Origin: Felis catus
Lineage: Eukaryota
Length of the DNA: 64,000 bases
Direction of reading: 5' to 3'
Assembly: GCF_018350175.1 (NCBI RefSeq)
Contig: NC_058383.1
Location: forward strand, 27,282,001 to 27,346,000
The notes beneath the pieces are model-generated. The model searched no databases and was not told the DNA's origin. It worked only from the letters and a program-made list of their open reading frames with translations. Below are positions 38,856 through 50,090 of the stretch, piece by piece (positions within the stretch are counted from its first letter, which is position 1; every line of letters starts with the position of its first letter). Position numbers and translations under genes: made by a program.

Positions 38856-38944
38856 CCCCTCCCCTCGATTATTACTGAGTACCTAATATGTGCTAGGCAC
38901 TCTCTCAGTCTGGATTTGTAGCGACAGGGGTCACTTTGAAAAAA

Positions 38945-39161
38945 ATTTTTTTTAATGTTTATTTATTTTTGAGAGAGAGAGAGCGCGCGTGCACAAGAGG
39001 AGGAAAGGGCAGAGACAGAGAGGGAGACCCAGAACCTGAAGCAGGCTCCAGGCTCTGAGCTGTCAGCACAGAGCCTGACGCGGGGCTCAAACCCACAAGC
39101 CGTGAGATCATGACCTGAGCTGAAGTTAGACGCTTAACCAACTGAGCCAGCCAGACGCCCC
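38945..39161 (-). mobile_element. CanSINE (SINEC_Fc-type)
   Basis: gtttatttatttttgagagagag ... cgcttaaccaactgagccagccagacgcccc. Confidence 0.95.
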
Positions 39162-39304
39162 AACCATGAGGTCCCAGGAAGGGGCAGATAAAAATGTGGG
39201 TCCTGGCACACTGTCTCCTCTGGGGTGTGCAGACACACACAGAGCTCCCCCAAGGGCTCACTTCAGCAAGAGGTGTTTTAAGGTCCTAGAGACTGTCGAA
39301 GCCA

Positions 39305-39500
39305 TAATGGCCCCAGAGAATTTTCTATGATGGTAGAAATGTTCTGTATCTGTGCTGCCCACTAGCCACATGTGGCTGCTGATTGATTGAGATGTGGCGG
39401 GTGCCACTGTGGAACTGAATTTCTAACTCTTGTTGGTTTTAATCAACTTAGGTGTAAACAGCCATACACGTCTGGTGGATACAGTGCTGGGCAGTGTGCA
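39305..39500 (+). mobile_element. MER3 (hAT-Charlie)
   Basis: gaaatgttctgtatctgtgctgcc ... cactagccacatgtggct ... ggaactgaattt. Confidence 0.8.
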
Positions 39501-40574
39501 CCTAAGGGACCTCACAGTCTCACCATGTCAGCAGAGCATGGCCGGGAGTAGGCCCAGGGGGAAGGCCGGCAGAGAGTCAGCACAGCCCATGGGAGATGAG
39601 CTCAGTAGCCCCAAGCTCTGTGTACCACCGATCCAATGGCTTCTCAAGCCACTGTGAGCCATCCAGAAGGCTGAGAGCTGTGTGGACACCCACTGACAGG
39701 TGCGGGGAGGATAGTCTCCCACGATGTGCACTAATTAAACAGTAAGTCCTATGCAAGGTGCTTTAGTGCGTTACCTCCTGGGGACCCCCAAGGGGGTTAC
39801 TCTCGTGCCAGGTAAGGAAACTGAAGCTCAGGGAGGTGAAGCCATCGGCAGAGCCGGGATTTGAACCCAGGGAGGTTTGATTCCAGGGGACAGATTCCAA
39901 ACCACTACATAATCCTGTGTCCCAAGACAAAAGCACACCTCACTGCCTGCTCTGAGATGCGTCCGCTCACTCCCAACCATCTAGGGGCAGAGGCTTCTGC
40001 TCTGGTGGAAGGAGAAGGACTGGGTCTTCTGAGAAAGACACAGGCAGATAGCAGGGAGTGGGACAGTCCTGTAGGGCAGTCCCTCCAGGCAAACCCAGAG
40101 GAAATGCAGCTGCTTGCTTTTGCCCGGGGTCATTCCTTTGCCCAGGAAGGCCTTCTCCCTCCGGCCCACCTGCAGAATTCTTATTTATCCTTCCCAATTC
40201 AATTCAGATATTTTTTTTTCTTTGAATCCTTTCCTGATCTCTCAAAGATAAGTTGACCACCCCTGCATTCCTGGCTCACTCCCACCGCCATACCAACTCC
40301 AAGTACCTTGTGACTACTTCCTCCTTGGCACTGATCACCCTCAGGATTGGTGATGGGCAGGGCCTGCATCTCACCCACCCCTGTTCTCCCAGAGGCGAAG
40401 AGGGTGCCTGACATGCGAGGTCCCTGCACAGCAAATGTTGACTTTGAATGGCAGCGATAAGAGGAATGGCTTAAACAAAAGGAACATTGACATTTTAAGA
40501 GATGAATTAAGAACTGCCTTATGTCAAAGACAGAGTCGTGAGTATCTTTCAACATCTCAGGCCCTGGAGACAGG

Positions 40575-40790
40575 CCAGGGTGACTTTTCCAACTCAGCTA
40601 GACTCTAGCCGTGTGACCCGAAGCAAAGGGTCTTAACCTCTCAGAGCCCCATAATTCCTATCTAGAAGGTGGGAGAGCATGGGGTTCTACCTGTAGGCTT
40701 TAGCATGAGGGTCACCTGAGCTAATAAGGTATGGGAAGCATTTGGCACAGAGCCCTGGCTCAGAGCCTTTGGTAAACACTCACAATCATT
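40575..40790 (+). mobile_element. MIR
   Basis: ctagccgtgtgacc ... cttaacctctcagagccc ... ttggcacagagccctggc. Confidence 0.7.
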
Positions 40791-41029
40791 GGCAAAGCTG
40801 CTCAACAAATGGCTTAGGCATCGAAGCTGGTCTCGGGAAGATCTTAAGAACTGGTCGGCTCTGGGCCCAGCTTATCCCAACAAGAGCAGATCAGAGGGAA
40901 GGAGGAGGCATTGTCCCACCAACCTCGAGTAAACAGGTGGTTTACCCATGTCCTCTCCTCTGCTTCCCACCACGCTGCACCCATTTGGTCTCTCCCTGGC
41001 CAGGCCTGGTTCTCAGGGGCCCTCAGACA

Positions 41030-41570
41030 AGAGGCTGACGACCAGTCAGCCAGCAGTTGACTATGACTCTCACGGAGATTTTGGTTTTAGCCTACAACGT
41101 ATTTTTTTTAATTAATTAATTAATTAATTAATTTTAACGTTTATTCATTTATTTTTGAGAGCGAGAGAGCACACAAGCAAGGGAGGGGCAGAGAGAGAGG
41201 GAGACACAGAATCCGAAGAGGGCTCCAAGCTTCGAGCTGTCAGCTCAGAGCCAGATGTGGGGCTCAAACCCATGAACCGTGAGATCACGACCCGAGCCCA
41301 AGTCAGACGCTCAACCGGCTTGAGCCACCCAGGCGCCACAGTCTGCAAAGCATTTTAAACATTTTCAACTAAGTTGCCGAAGTCGAAAATTCAGGAAGAC
41401 TGTATGTTCAAGTTCTGAATGTCCAGCCTTCCTTAGAAAATGAGATCTGGCCTCACTGGGTTCCCACCTGCAGTCAGATGGAGCTGGGACGCCTGAGCAG
41501 GCCCCATGTGGCCACCACACTTGCTTTCACTACCTGCCCTGCTCAGAAGGCATCTAACTTTCCAGGTCCT
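41030..41570 (+). mobile_element. MER102-like element split by a SINE
   Basis: ctgaatgtccagccttccttagaaaatgagatctggcctcactgggttcccac. Confidence 0.6.
41102..41338 (-). mobile_element. CanSINE with (TTAA)6 in the tail
   Basis: Reverse-complement head gagccacccaggcgcc; (TTAA)6 at 41108-41131. Confidence 0.95.
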
Positions 41571-41735
41571 TCTCAAGGAGAAGGGATCTGGCCAGAAACA
41601 GGTACCTGCCACTGTTTTACTTAGGAAAGCAGTTTGCTAGGGTCAGAGAGCAGCTCTGGGTTTGAGTCAAAATCCATAGACTCCAAACCCACCTGATTTC
41701 CCTTTGACATCACCAGCAGGTGAAGATACAGATGA

Positions 41736-41945
41736 GGGGCGCCTGGGTGGCCCAGTCAGTTAAGCATCTGACTTGGGCTCAGGTCATGATCTCACAGTTC
41801 ATGAGTTCAAGCCCCACGTTGGGCTCTCTGCTGTCAGCACAGAGCTTGCTTTGGATCCTCTGTCTCCTCCTCTCTCTCTGCCCCTCCCCCACTCACGTTT
41901 TTTTTCTCTCTCTCTCAAATAAATAAATGAATAAAAACATTAAAA
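41736..41945 (+). mobile_element. CanSINE
   Basis: Head GGGGCGCCTGGGTGG. TSD aaga[t/c]acagatga at 41723-41735 and 41946-41958. Confidence 0.96.
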
Positions 41946-42017
41946 AAGACACAGATGAAGAAATGGTTGTTTGATAATAACCTAACCATGCCTTTGCTGC
42001 CTCTCTCACATAGAAAG

Positions 42018-42080
42018 CTAAAAATAAATCACTCGAGGCGCAGCTTATCAATCTACAGCTGATAAAGGGGTGTCAGGTGG
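42018..42080. promoter_or_regulatory. Candidate enhancer core: MEF2 site, two GATA sites and an E-box
   Basis: CTAAAAATAA 42018-42027, CTTATC 42044-42049, CAGCTG 42056-42061, TGATAA 42060-42065, then GGTGTCA. Confidence 0.45.
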
Positions 42081-42774
42081 TGCTATAACCTTTTCATCGG
42101 ACGAGGCCTGGACGAGCTCCTGATTCCAGCTTAGAGCACGGTCCTTAGGAGACGCAGATGCTGCAGAAAGACTTGGCCCTCAAAGTTCCCCGCATTCGCT
42201 CACGGCGCAAAGAGGGAACGATGCGGAAAGAAATACAGCCAGATGCAGAGACAAAGAGGCTCACGTCACTGTTGTGCTTCCTCTGCGGTGTGGCCACCTC
42301 TTTCGAGAGGTGACGATTGCCCTAGTAAAAGTGGGCCCCCACTCTTCCCCCCACACGCTCACACACACATGCTCACACTCCACTGGCTGCTTCCACCCCA
42401 GAACTTCCCACCTGAGTTATTTGTTATACGCCCTCCCTCCCGCTAGACTGCGCACTCCACGAAGGCAGGGTCCTTCTCTGGTTTGGTCTGCTTCCGCACA
42501 GTTCTCTGGTTCCCACACTTCAGCCGGCACTTGGCAGCAAAAATCAGGCCCCTACTGAAAATTTGCTCAGGGCATCGCTGATACAATACAAGGTGCCCTG
42601 CACCGTTTCCAGACCACCAGCGCCTACACAACAGTTTCGGGATTTTTGCCTATTTCTCTAGCACACGTACAACTCGGTATTGTCTCCAGGCAACTCTCGT
42701 TTATTGAAATAGGTCTATTAAAAATATCAGACTTTATGGAAAGATATCTAGGCAATCGAGGGGCACTTGTGATC

Positions 42775-42965
42775 GATGTGCTTTGGAACTGACCATCACT
42801 TATTAGCCGTGTGACCTTGTAAAAGTGGGTTCACCTCTTTGTGCCTCAGTTTCCCCACCTGTAACACAGTAATGAGTGCAACCTCCAAATGATAGGGGCA
42901 AATGAGCTAAAACATGTAAAGTTAATTAATAGCAAGTGCTTAGAAAAGTGTATGGGACAAATTGT
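42775..42965 (+). mobile_element. MIR
   Basis: agccgtgtgaccttg ... ctttgtgcctcagtttccccacctgtaa. Confidence 0.75.
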
Positions 42966-42974
42966 GTATGTGTG

Positions 42975-43390
42975 TAGATACGTATATAATGGAATATTAC
43001 TCAGCCATCAAAAAGAATGAAATCTTATAATTTGCAACAATGTGGATGGAGCTAGAGTGTATTGTGCTAAGCAAAATAAGTCAGAGAAAGACAAATATCC
43101 TATGATTTCACTCATATGTGGAATTCAAGAAACAAAACAGATGAACATAGGGGAGGGGAAAGAAAAAAGAGAGGGAAACTAACCATAAGAGACCCTTAAT
43201 GATAGAGAACAAGCTAAGGGTTGATGGAGAGAGGTAGGTAAGGGGATGGGCTAAATAAATGAGTGATGAGCATTAAGGAGGACACTTGTTGAGATGAGCA
43301 CTGGTTATTATATCTAAGTGCTAGATCACTAAATTCCTCTCCTGAAACCTAAATAAAATACATAAATATATAAATGACAATTTTTAAAAA
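42975..43390 (+). mobile_element. Carnivore L1 3' end (5'-truncated)
   Basis: aatggaatattactcagccatcaaaaagaatgaaatctt ... cagagaaagacaaata ... agatgaacatagggga ... gagcactgg, then an A-rich tail. Confidence 0.93.
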
Positions 43391-43500
43391 TGTCATTCAC
43401 ATAACAGCTAAAAACCACTTTTGGAGACACAGGCTTTGCCTCTACTTTGCCACAACCTAGATGTGTAAAGGCTTCCCTCTCCCTGTGCCCCCATTCTCCC

Positions 43501-43502
<2 letters not shown>

Positions 43503-43544
<42 letters not shown>
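43503..43544. repeat. (TA)21 microsatellite at a SINE tail
   Basis: Perfect TA dinucleotide run. Confidence 0.97.
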
Positions 43545-43545
<1 letters not shown>

Positions 43546-43548
<3 letters not shown>

Positions 43549-43747
43549 AGAGTTTATTTATTCATTTTGAGAGAGACAGTGCAAGTGGGGGAGGGGCAGA
43601 AAGGGGGAGGGAGAGAGAATCCCAAGCAGGCTCCCCACTGTCAGTGCAGAGCCTGACATGGGGCTTGAACTCATGAACTATGAGACTTTAACCAGAGCTG
43701 AAATCCAGAGCGGGACACCCGATGGACTGAGCCAGCCAGATGTCCCC
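43546..43747 (-). mobile_element. CanSINE
   Basis: gtttatttattcattttgagagagac ... gagaatcccaagcaggctcc ... ctgagccagccagatgtcccc. Confidence 0.92.
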
Positions 43748-44314
43748 TCCCATGACTTAAATGAGGTTGTTGGGCCAGACACTCTTAAGACTCAGTCCTT
43801 CACCCACCTCTGATTCTCAGATTTTCAATTTGTGGATGACCCTACCTTAAAAGAAAAAAAAAGGGGGGGGGGTAAAACCTGAATCTACACAATCTACACA
43901 ATGGAAGCCCAAGAGAGGAGCTAGGAGACCAGGGGGGAGGTTATTCACATTCCAAACAGATTTGCTCTCACAAAAGGATTAACAGCAGAGTTGCTTTAAA
44001 TAGCAGTTTAAGCCTTGTTTATGGATTACTAAATACTTGATGGGGAGGTGGAGGGCCCAGGAACTTGTGGCAAAAGCATGATTAAATTAGGTCCAACCAG
44101 AAATTTAACAAGTGAGTATGTTTCCCTTAAAATTATGAGTGTCGGCAAGAGAAACTACCCCATTTCAAAGAAATCTATTCCTACCCAATGTTTTAGTTGT
44201 CCATCAATTGCTGTAAAGAAGGCATGCCTGCATCCACGAGCCAGTTTAGAGCAATAATCCAGCCTGTTTGTTTTTAAGCCCCTGCTATAACAACACTGAT
44301 AATTTATTAAATGC

Positions 44315-44535
44315 CGTAACTGCTTGTAATGCACCAGCACTGTTGAGCATGTGACCCACATCATTTCATCTAATCATCAGAACAACCCAGTGAGGTAGGC
44401 ATGATTGTAACCATCATTTTGGGGATGAAGAAGCTGAGGCTGAGAGAGGGGACATGGCTCATCCAGAAGGAGTGGATGGCAGAGGGAGAATTCAAGCCCA
44501 AGTATGATGGGAACCGTGCCCTGAGGTTGTATTAT
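44315..44535 (-). mobile_element. MIR
   Basis: aacaacccagtgaggtagg ... gatgaagaagctgaggctgagagagg. Confidence 0.75.
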
Positions 44536-44879
44536 AAAAGGCAGAATCCTTGCCTCAAGGAGGAGACAAAAGATCAGCTAAAGAGGTCAAAGGATAGATA
44601 ATAAGGATGATAAATGCCTTGAAAGAAATTTTTGTGAGGACAAAGAGGGGAGCAAGGACTCGGGGTGTGCCCACAGCCTGGTGTGCCCAAAGTCAGATGA
44701 GAGCTCAACCCAGCCCTCAGTTGTTAGCTCACACTCCAATGTCCAGATTCTCTCCTCCATCCTTAATGCTGGGGATACTCTCATCAGAACTACTCTGAGC
44801 ACAAACCAGTCCGTCCTGGGGGACCATGCTCCCCAAAGGTGGGCTGCGGCCTTGGGAGATGAAGAGAGAGAGGAAGTCT

Positions 44880-45122
44880 GTCGCCGACCCCCTCCCGGTG
44901 CCTTACCGGGCTACCTGAGAGCTTCTCGCTGCCTCATTTTCCTCCCTTGAAAAATGGGGATATTAGCTACCCCCTACGTCCCTTGGCAGGGAAGCGCTGG
45001 TGATTAATTAGGTAACATCTGTGAAGCACTCCCAGCTTTCTGGAGAAGGGCACCTTGGGAGAGGAGCTATAAAAACACGGAGGAGCAAGCTATTATCAGC
45101 ACGATCATTATTATTATTATCA
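44880..45122 (+). mobile_element. Ancient CORE-SINE (MIR3/MIR1_Amn-like)
   Basis: CORE gcctcattttcctcccttgaaaaatggggata, then gtgattaattaggtaacatctgtgaagcact ... gctataaaaa and an (ATT)n tail. Confidence 0.55.
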
Positions 45123-47459
45123 TTTCTGTCATGACATTCTCCCGCCTAAAGACCTGCAGTGGCTCCCCACTGCCCCGAGAAGAAGATGCAGTTAGGAGCC
45201 TGGTGGGCAAGGCCACCGATTTGCTGCTGCTCTTTCCTTCATCCCTCTTGCTTGTCCCCACACATCACACCCAGTGACTCCCAGGGGGAGCCCTGCCCCC
45301 TGGTCTACATCACCTCACCCAGCTGTCCCCACTCCCCCAGCCAAGTACCGGTTCCCCTAACATCCAAGTTGGGAGCTCACTGCCCCACCAGCTTGTTTCT
45401 GTTGCTGAGCCCACCACTTGTCCTCTCTGGGGGACCTGTTAGCACCTGTACACAGGTGCACATGAAATCTGGATCCTGCGGGAGCTTCTTCCCAGACTTT
45501 TGAAACACAAGATGCCAGGACTCAGTATCTTATACCCCAACTAGATAATAAGCACACTGAGGACCAGCCGGAGTTCAGATAAAGTCCAAAATTCATAAAT
45601 AGGGCCTTGGTAACTACTGAACCATACAGGCAAAGAATCCGGGTTCAGAGAGAACACAGCTCCCCATTCTGCCTCGGACCAATCCCTGGGTGCCAACTTC
45701 CTCCTTCGCAAACTAGAGGTCATCACAACAGGTGTGGTCACAGAGAAAAACAAGTCTGGACTCATCAGGAGATGATGTGAAATGATCGCTGCAAAAGGGA
45801 GAACGCAAGCGCTGCAATAATGGGCCAGGTCTCCTGCGCTGGAGAGCACGCTCTCACCACAGGATCCGCAAGCCTCTTGAAGTTCCAGAGTTTTCTTTTC
45901 TAGGGAGGAGTGAACAAGACAGAACTACGGGGACGCAAGATGAAAAGGTGGGGGGGAGGTGCGGGGATCCAAGAGATGAGAGGATGTTTCAGCCTGAAAC
46001 CAGCCCATTCCCCAGATGGGCTGGCTCAGGCTGAGGGTGGACCCAAGCACAGGGACCCTGTAAGAAGGAAGAGAAGCTTCGCCAAAGTTTGTCTGGTTAA
46101 CAAGCATTTTGTTCTGATTGGCGGGAGCAAGCATCACGGGGAGTCATTTCGGAGGCAAAGAATGGGAATTTGGAGGGTGCGTGTCTGGTCATCACAGGTA
46201 AGCAAGGGGGTATCCGTGCATCATAACGGAGTCATATGGAGAAGGGTGGTCTTTGGAGTCAGTGCTTTGCGGAACACACAAGAGTGGGAGGTTCCTTTGC
46301 CCTTTTCCAGGAGCACAGGGCTCACTCAGGTCAAATTTAACACTGTCAATACTCAAGAAGGTCGTTGTGTGGACTCGATGTAAAAGTGCTTAAAGTAAAC
46401 TCAGCACTAGCTGCTTTTAGTTTCCGCTAATCACTGTTTACTTCCAGGATAATCTAGAAGACTGTCTATGAGAGCTCGAAGGTAAAGAACATTCTGGAAC
46501 TGTGCTGCAGGTAAATATGTAGCCTGGGACTGCATGCCTGTTTAGCCACTTAGGCACATGATGCTACTGATTCCCACTGAAATTGCTCTCTCTGCAGTCC
46601 CAGGATGTTGTCACGTCATCTTCTCTTAGGCCAGACACATCTTATGCCTTAAAGTACCATCAACCTAGCCCCCGGCCACTGACAGGTTAAAAGAAAAAAA
46701 AGGAAATGAAATATACAACTCACCTTCCCAACTCCCCCCAAGAATCCAAACAGACAGCAGACAGGATGGAGAACCAGGAGTTAAAGAAAATGAGTGGCGG
46801 AGAGTTCTCTACTTTTTATCCCCGCTATCGTCGGTGGCATGCAGGCCTGTTTTAAATTTACCGGCAGCTTTTTAAGCTGCCACCTAGCTCTTGAGGTATT
46901 TTTAGTCAAGTAGAAATTCATTTGGAGCCTCAAGTCAGGAAATGGAATCATGTCAGGTGTTGCTCTTACAGAATTCTGGTCCTGCCCTTTGTCTGCTGTA
47001 TTTGCCACTTCTCATTTGCACACAATTAAATAATCACTTCACCCCCCACTTCTCCCGCATCTTTAGCATCTCCCCACAGAGGGAAAAACGCCAGGGAAGT
47101 CAGCACTAGGTTTAAGAGATCTATTCTTAATCCAAACGTCATTTCCATCAGCAGGAACAGACTGGGGCGGGGGGGGGGGGGGGGGAGGGCTTACAAGGAA
47201 AATAGGGCCCTGAACCAGAATGAAAGGGGACAAGTTCCGCTTTCCTCACTCAAAACAGACGTCTCCAATGAGGCCGTGGCTATATATACATCTGTCAGCT
47301 GCCAAAAGGCACTTGCAGACACAGGAGGAAGGAAATTAAAACAATACTGCTGGCCTGGAAGCAATGTGGAGGTACCTAAGTCAATGGGCGAACCACTCAC
47401 CCTACAGCTTAAGCCAAATATGCAGGAGTCACTCCCGACTCTTCTCTTGATGGCCCGCA

Positions 47460-48110
47460 GCTAACCCACCTCCAATTCATGGCCAAGTCCAACAGAATCT
47501 ACCCACATCTGAAAAGTGTCCATAGCTGACCACTTCTGATCTGGACCACCAAGTCCCAGCACATTCTGTGGCCCTGTGTCCACCCGGCAGCCGGAGGCAC
47601 CTTTGAAAACGTCATAACCCAAATAACACACAAAAGAGCAAATAGTACACATGCCCATCTCACCCCGGACAAAATCTCAACTTCTCCTTCTGGATGGAAA
47701 AGCCCTCCAGGATCTTACTCCTGTTTCTCGAGCTCATGTCACTTCCCCGTTTCCCTCTTCCTCTACTACCGACAGCCTTCTGTTTCTAGAACATTCCATG
47801 CTCTCTGATGCCCCAAGGCCTTTTCCCTCTGCCTGGGATGCTTTGTCTCCAGGCTTTCACATGGCTTCTCTGGTCATTCAGGTCTCATGTCAAATGTCAC
47901 CTCCCCAGAATCCCCTCTGGTGACCAACCTCCTCTCCACTGCAACATCCTACTTCAATTTCACGTACAATACTTATCATCTTAATATTTCCTTTTTTTGT
48001 CTGTCTGATTGTTGCACCTTGTTCACAGCTGCATAGTCAGCATTCACACCAGTATCTGTCCACAGCTGTGCCCAAGACCTGTGTGTTGAATGAATGAATG
48101 AAAGAATGAC
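47460..48110 (+). mobile_element. L2 3' fragment
   Basis: ttccctctgcctgggatgct; caaatgtcacctcccc; ttgaatgaatgaatgaa tail. Confidence 0.85.
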
Positions 48111-48174
48111 CGTAGGAAGGGAACAGGGCTGAGGCACATTCAGGGTTCAGGTGAATCCAGAGGGTGTTGTGTGT

Positions 48175-48420
48175 CTCTTACATTACAGCACATCTCAGTT
48201 TAGACTCTCAAGTTTTCCGTATTTAGAGTTCACAAAAATATCAAGTGAAAAAAATAAATTCGCAGACTCAACTTGGTCCAAACATATTTAGAAGCTTTCC
48301 AATAACTGTATCCCATTTTAAATTAAAATTAATACAAAACAAAATTAAAAACTCAATTTCTCATCCCACCAGCAATAGCCACAGCGGCTGGTGGCCATGA
48401 TGCTGGGCGGCCCAGGTGTG
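48175..48420. mobile_element. hAT-Charlie (MER33/MER3-related) fragment
   Basis: ttacagcacatctcagtttagact; aaaattaaaaactcaatttctc; aatagccacagcggctggtggc. Confidence 0.6.
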
Positions 48421-48629
48421 TTCCACGCCACCCACTACACCGGGGGTGGAAATCATCCCAGCAGGGAGGCCAGTGACTGGGAGAACTGCCCTGGAGGAAG
48501 AACCAACAGATCTGGTCCTCACTGACCTCTGGTGTGACGTTGGCCAGCATGTGCGATGCTCCAGAGCTTCCGTGTCAGAGCACGGAGGAGGACACCACTT
48601 CTGGAAGCATATCAGAGGGAGTCCCATGC

Positions 48630-48870
48630 AGGGCGGTCAAGAGCTCGGGCCCTGGGGCTGGGCTGTCTGAGTTCAAGTCCTCACAGTGCTACTCACTGGC
48701 TGTGTGTCTTTTGGCACACTAGTTAGCTTCTCTGTGCCTCAGTTTACACATAGGCAAAAAGGGGGCACCTACCCCACAGACGAGTCGAAGGGTCAAATGA
48801 CACTGTGTACAGAAAGCATCTGGCACAGGGCCTGGCACACAGCAAGGTCCCAGTGTAATCACCATAATCG
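48630..48870 (+). mobile_element. MIR
   Basis: ctgagttcaagtcct ... ttctctgtgcctcagttt ... tggcacagggcctggcacacag. Confidence 0.8.
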
Positions 48871-49594
48871 TTATCGTTACTCATTAAGACCCGTGAAATT
48901 CGGACATATGTACAGAATGATACAGGTGCCCCAGTTAAACAGAAGCCAGGCTGCTACAGCAGAGAACGAACCAGATCATGCACAGTACAGAGGATTCCCA
49001 TCGGAGACTTCTTTAAATAGAGTGAAATCTCTGAAGGGCTTTTCAAATAAGAATCAATTTACCATATTGACATGGAATTCTTCAGAGACCTTTCTGGGAG
49101 GGACCCAGACCCAGTGTGTCCTCTATGTCACTCTCATCTGTTTGCTGATGAAGGACAGGCTCCGCTCGAGTTTCTCCATCAGCAGCGGGAGGCTGTGATG
49201 GCTCACGAAGCGCTGGGACAGAGAGACCGGTAGTGGTGCGGGTCTGTCAGATTTTAGGGCCACTAAGAGGACCAGGTGTTCAAACTGGCCCCATGCAAGC
49301 CCCATGCAAGCCCAAACCACCTCTGGTAGTCAGCTGCCAGATTCTTGGTGCAAGAGAACAGGAAAAGTCTGGCGGCATGTCCCCGCAGCAGACGGACTGT
49401 CACAGTCTATTTGGAAATGGCTACAAATTGGTATTTTTATCCCTCTCCTGGACAGGTCTGCAAAGGCTGAAACAATGCCTGTCACTCACTCAGTGATTTG
49501 TGAGTACAGCCTTCAAGCCGGTCCCCATGCTAGATACCAAAGAGACACCAAGTCCACGGGGTGAGCCAGAGAAGTGGAGTTTACTTTACTGGCA

Positions 49595-49800
49595 GTCTGA
49601 AAGCTCAGCTCTGTTGGTCAGCTGGGTGGCCTTGGGCAAGTTGATTAACCTGTCCGAGACTCTATCCCCTTACCTGTGAAACGGGGGTAGCAGCAGGACC
49701 TTCCACATAAACTTGCCATGGGAAATGAGTTCAGACACATGAAGGGCTTAGAATAGCTCCTGACGCACAGCAAGTGCTCAATGTTTTTATTTTTAGTTGT
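49595..49800 (+). mobile_element. MIR
   Basis: gtggccttgggcaagttgattaacct ... cctgtgaaacgggg. Confidence 0.75.
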
Positions 49801-49868
49801 AGTAGTAGACTAGTTGTAAGGGACTAAGTTCTGGATGTTAGGACAGTACATAAAAGCAGCATCTAGCT

Positions 49869-50090
49869 CAGGGGTCAGTAAACTACCATAGTCCACGGGC
49901 CGAATCCAGCTGGTGACCTGTTTTTGTAAATAAAGTTTAATTGGAACTCAGCCACAACCATCATTTACATTATTATCTCTAGCTGCTTTGGCACTGCACA
50001 GAGTTGAGTAGCTGCCAACGAGACTGAATGGCCCTCAACGTCTAAAACGTTTACTGTCTGGTCCTTTAAGAAAAGGACTGCCAACATCTG
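49869..50090 (+). mobile_element. MER58A (hAT-Charlie MITE), full length
   Basis: CAGGGGTCAGTAAACT start; tttttgtaaataaagtttaattggaac; end ctgccaacatctg; upstream target-like ATCTAGCT. Confidence 0.88.

Noticed and set aside
49289..49313. Short tandem duplications (ccccatgcaag x2; also aatctacac x2 near 43882)
   Set aside because: Ordinary slippage duplications with no spacer array, so not CRISPR-like.
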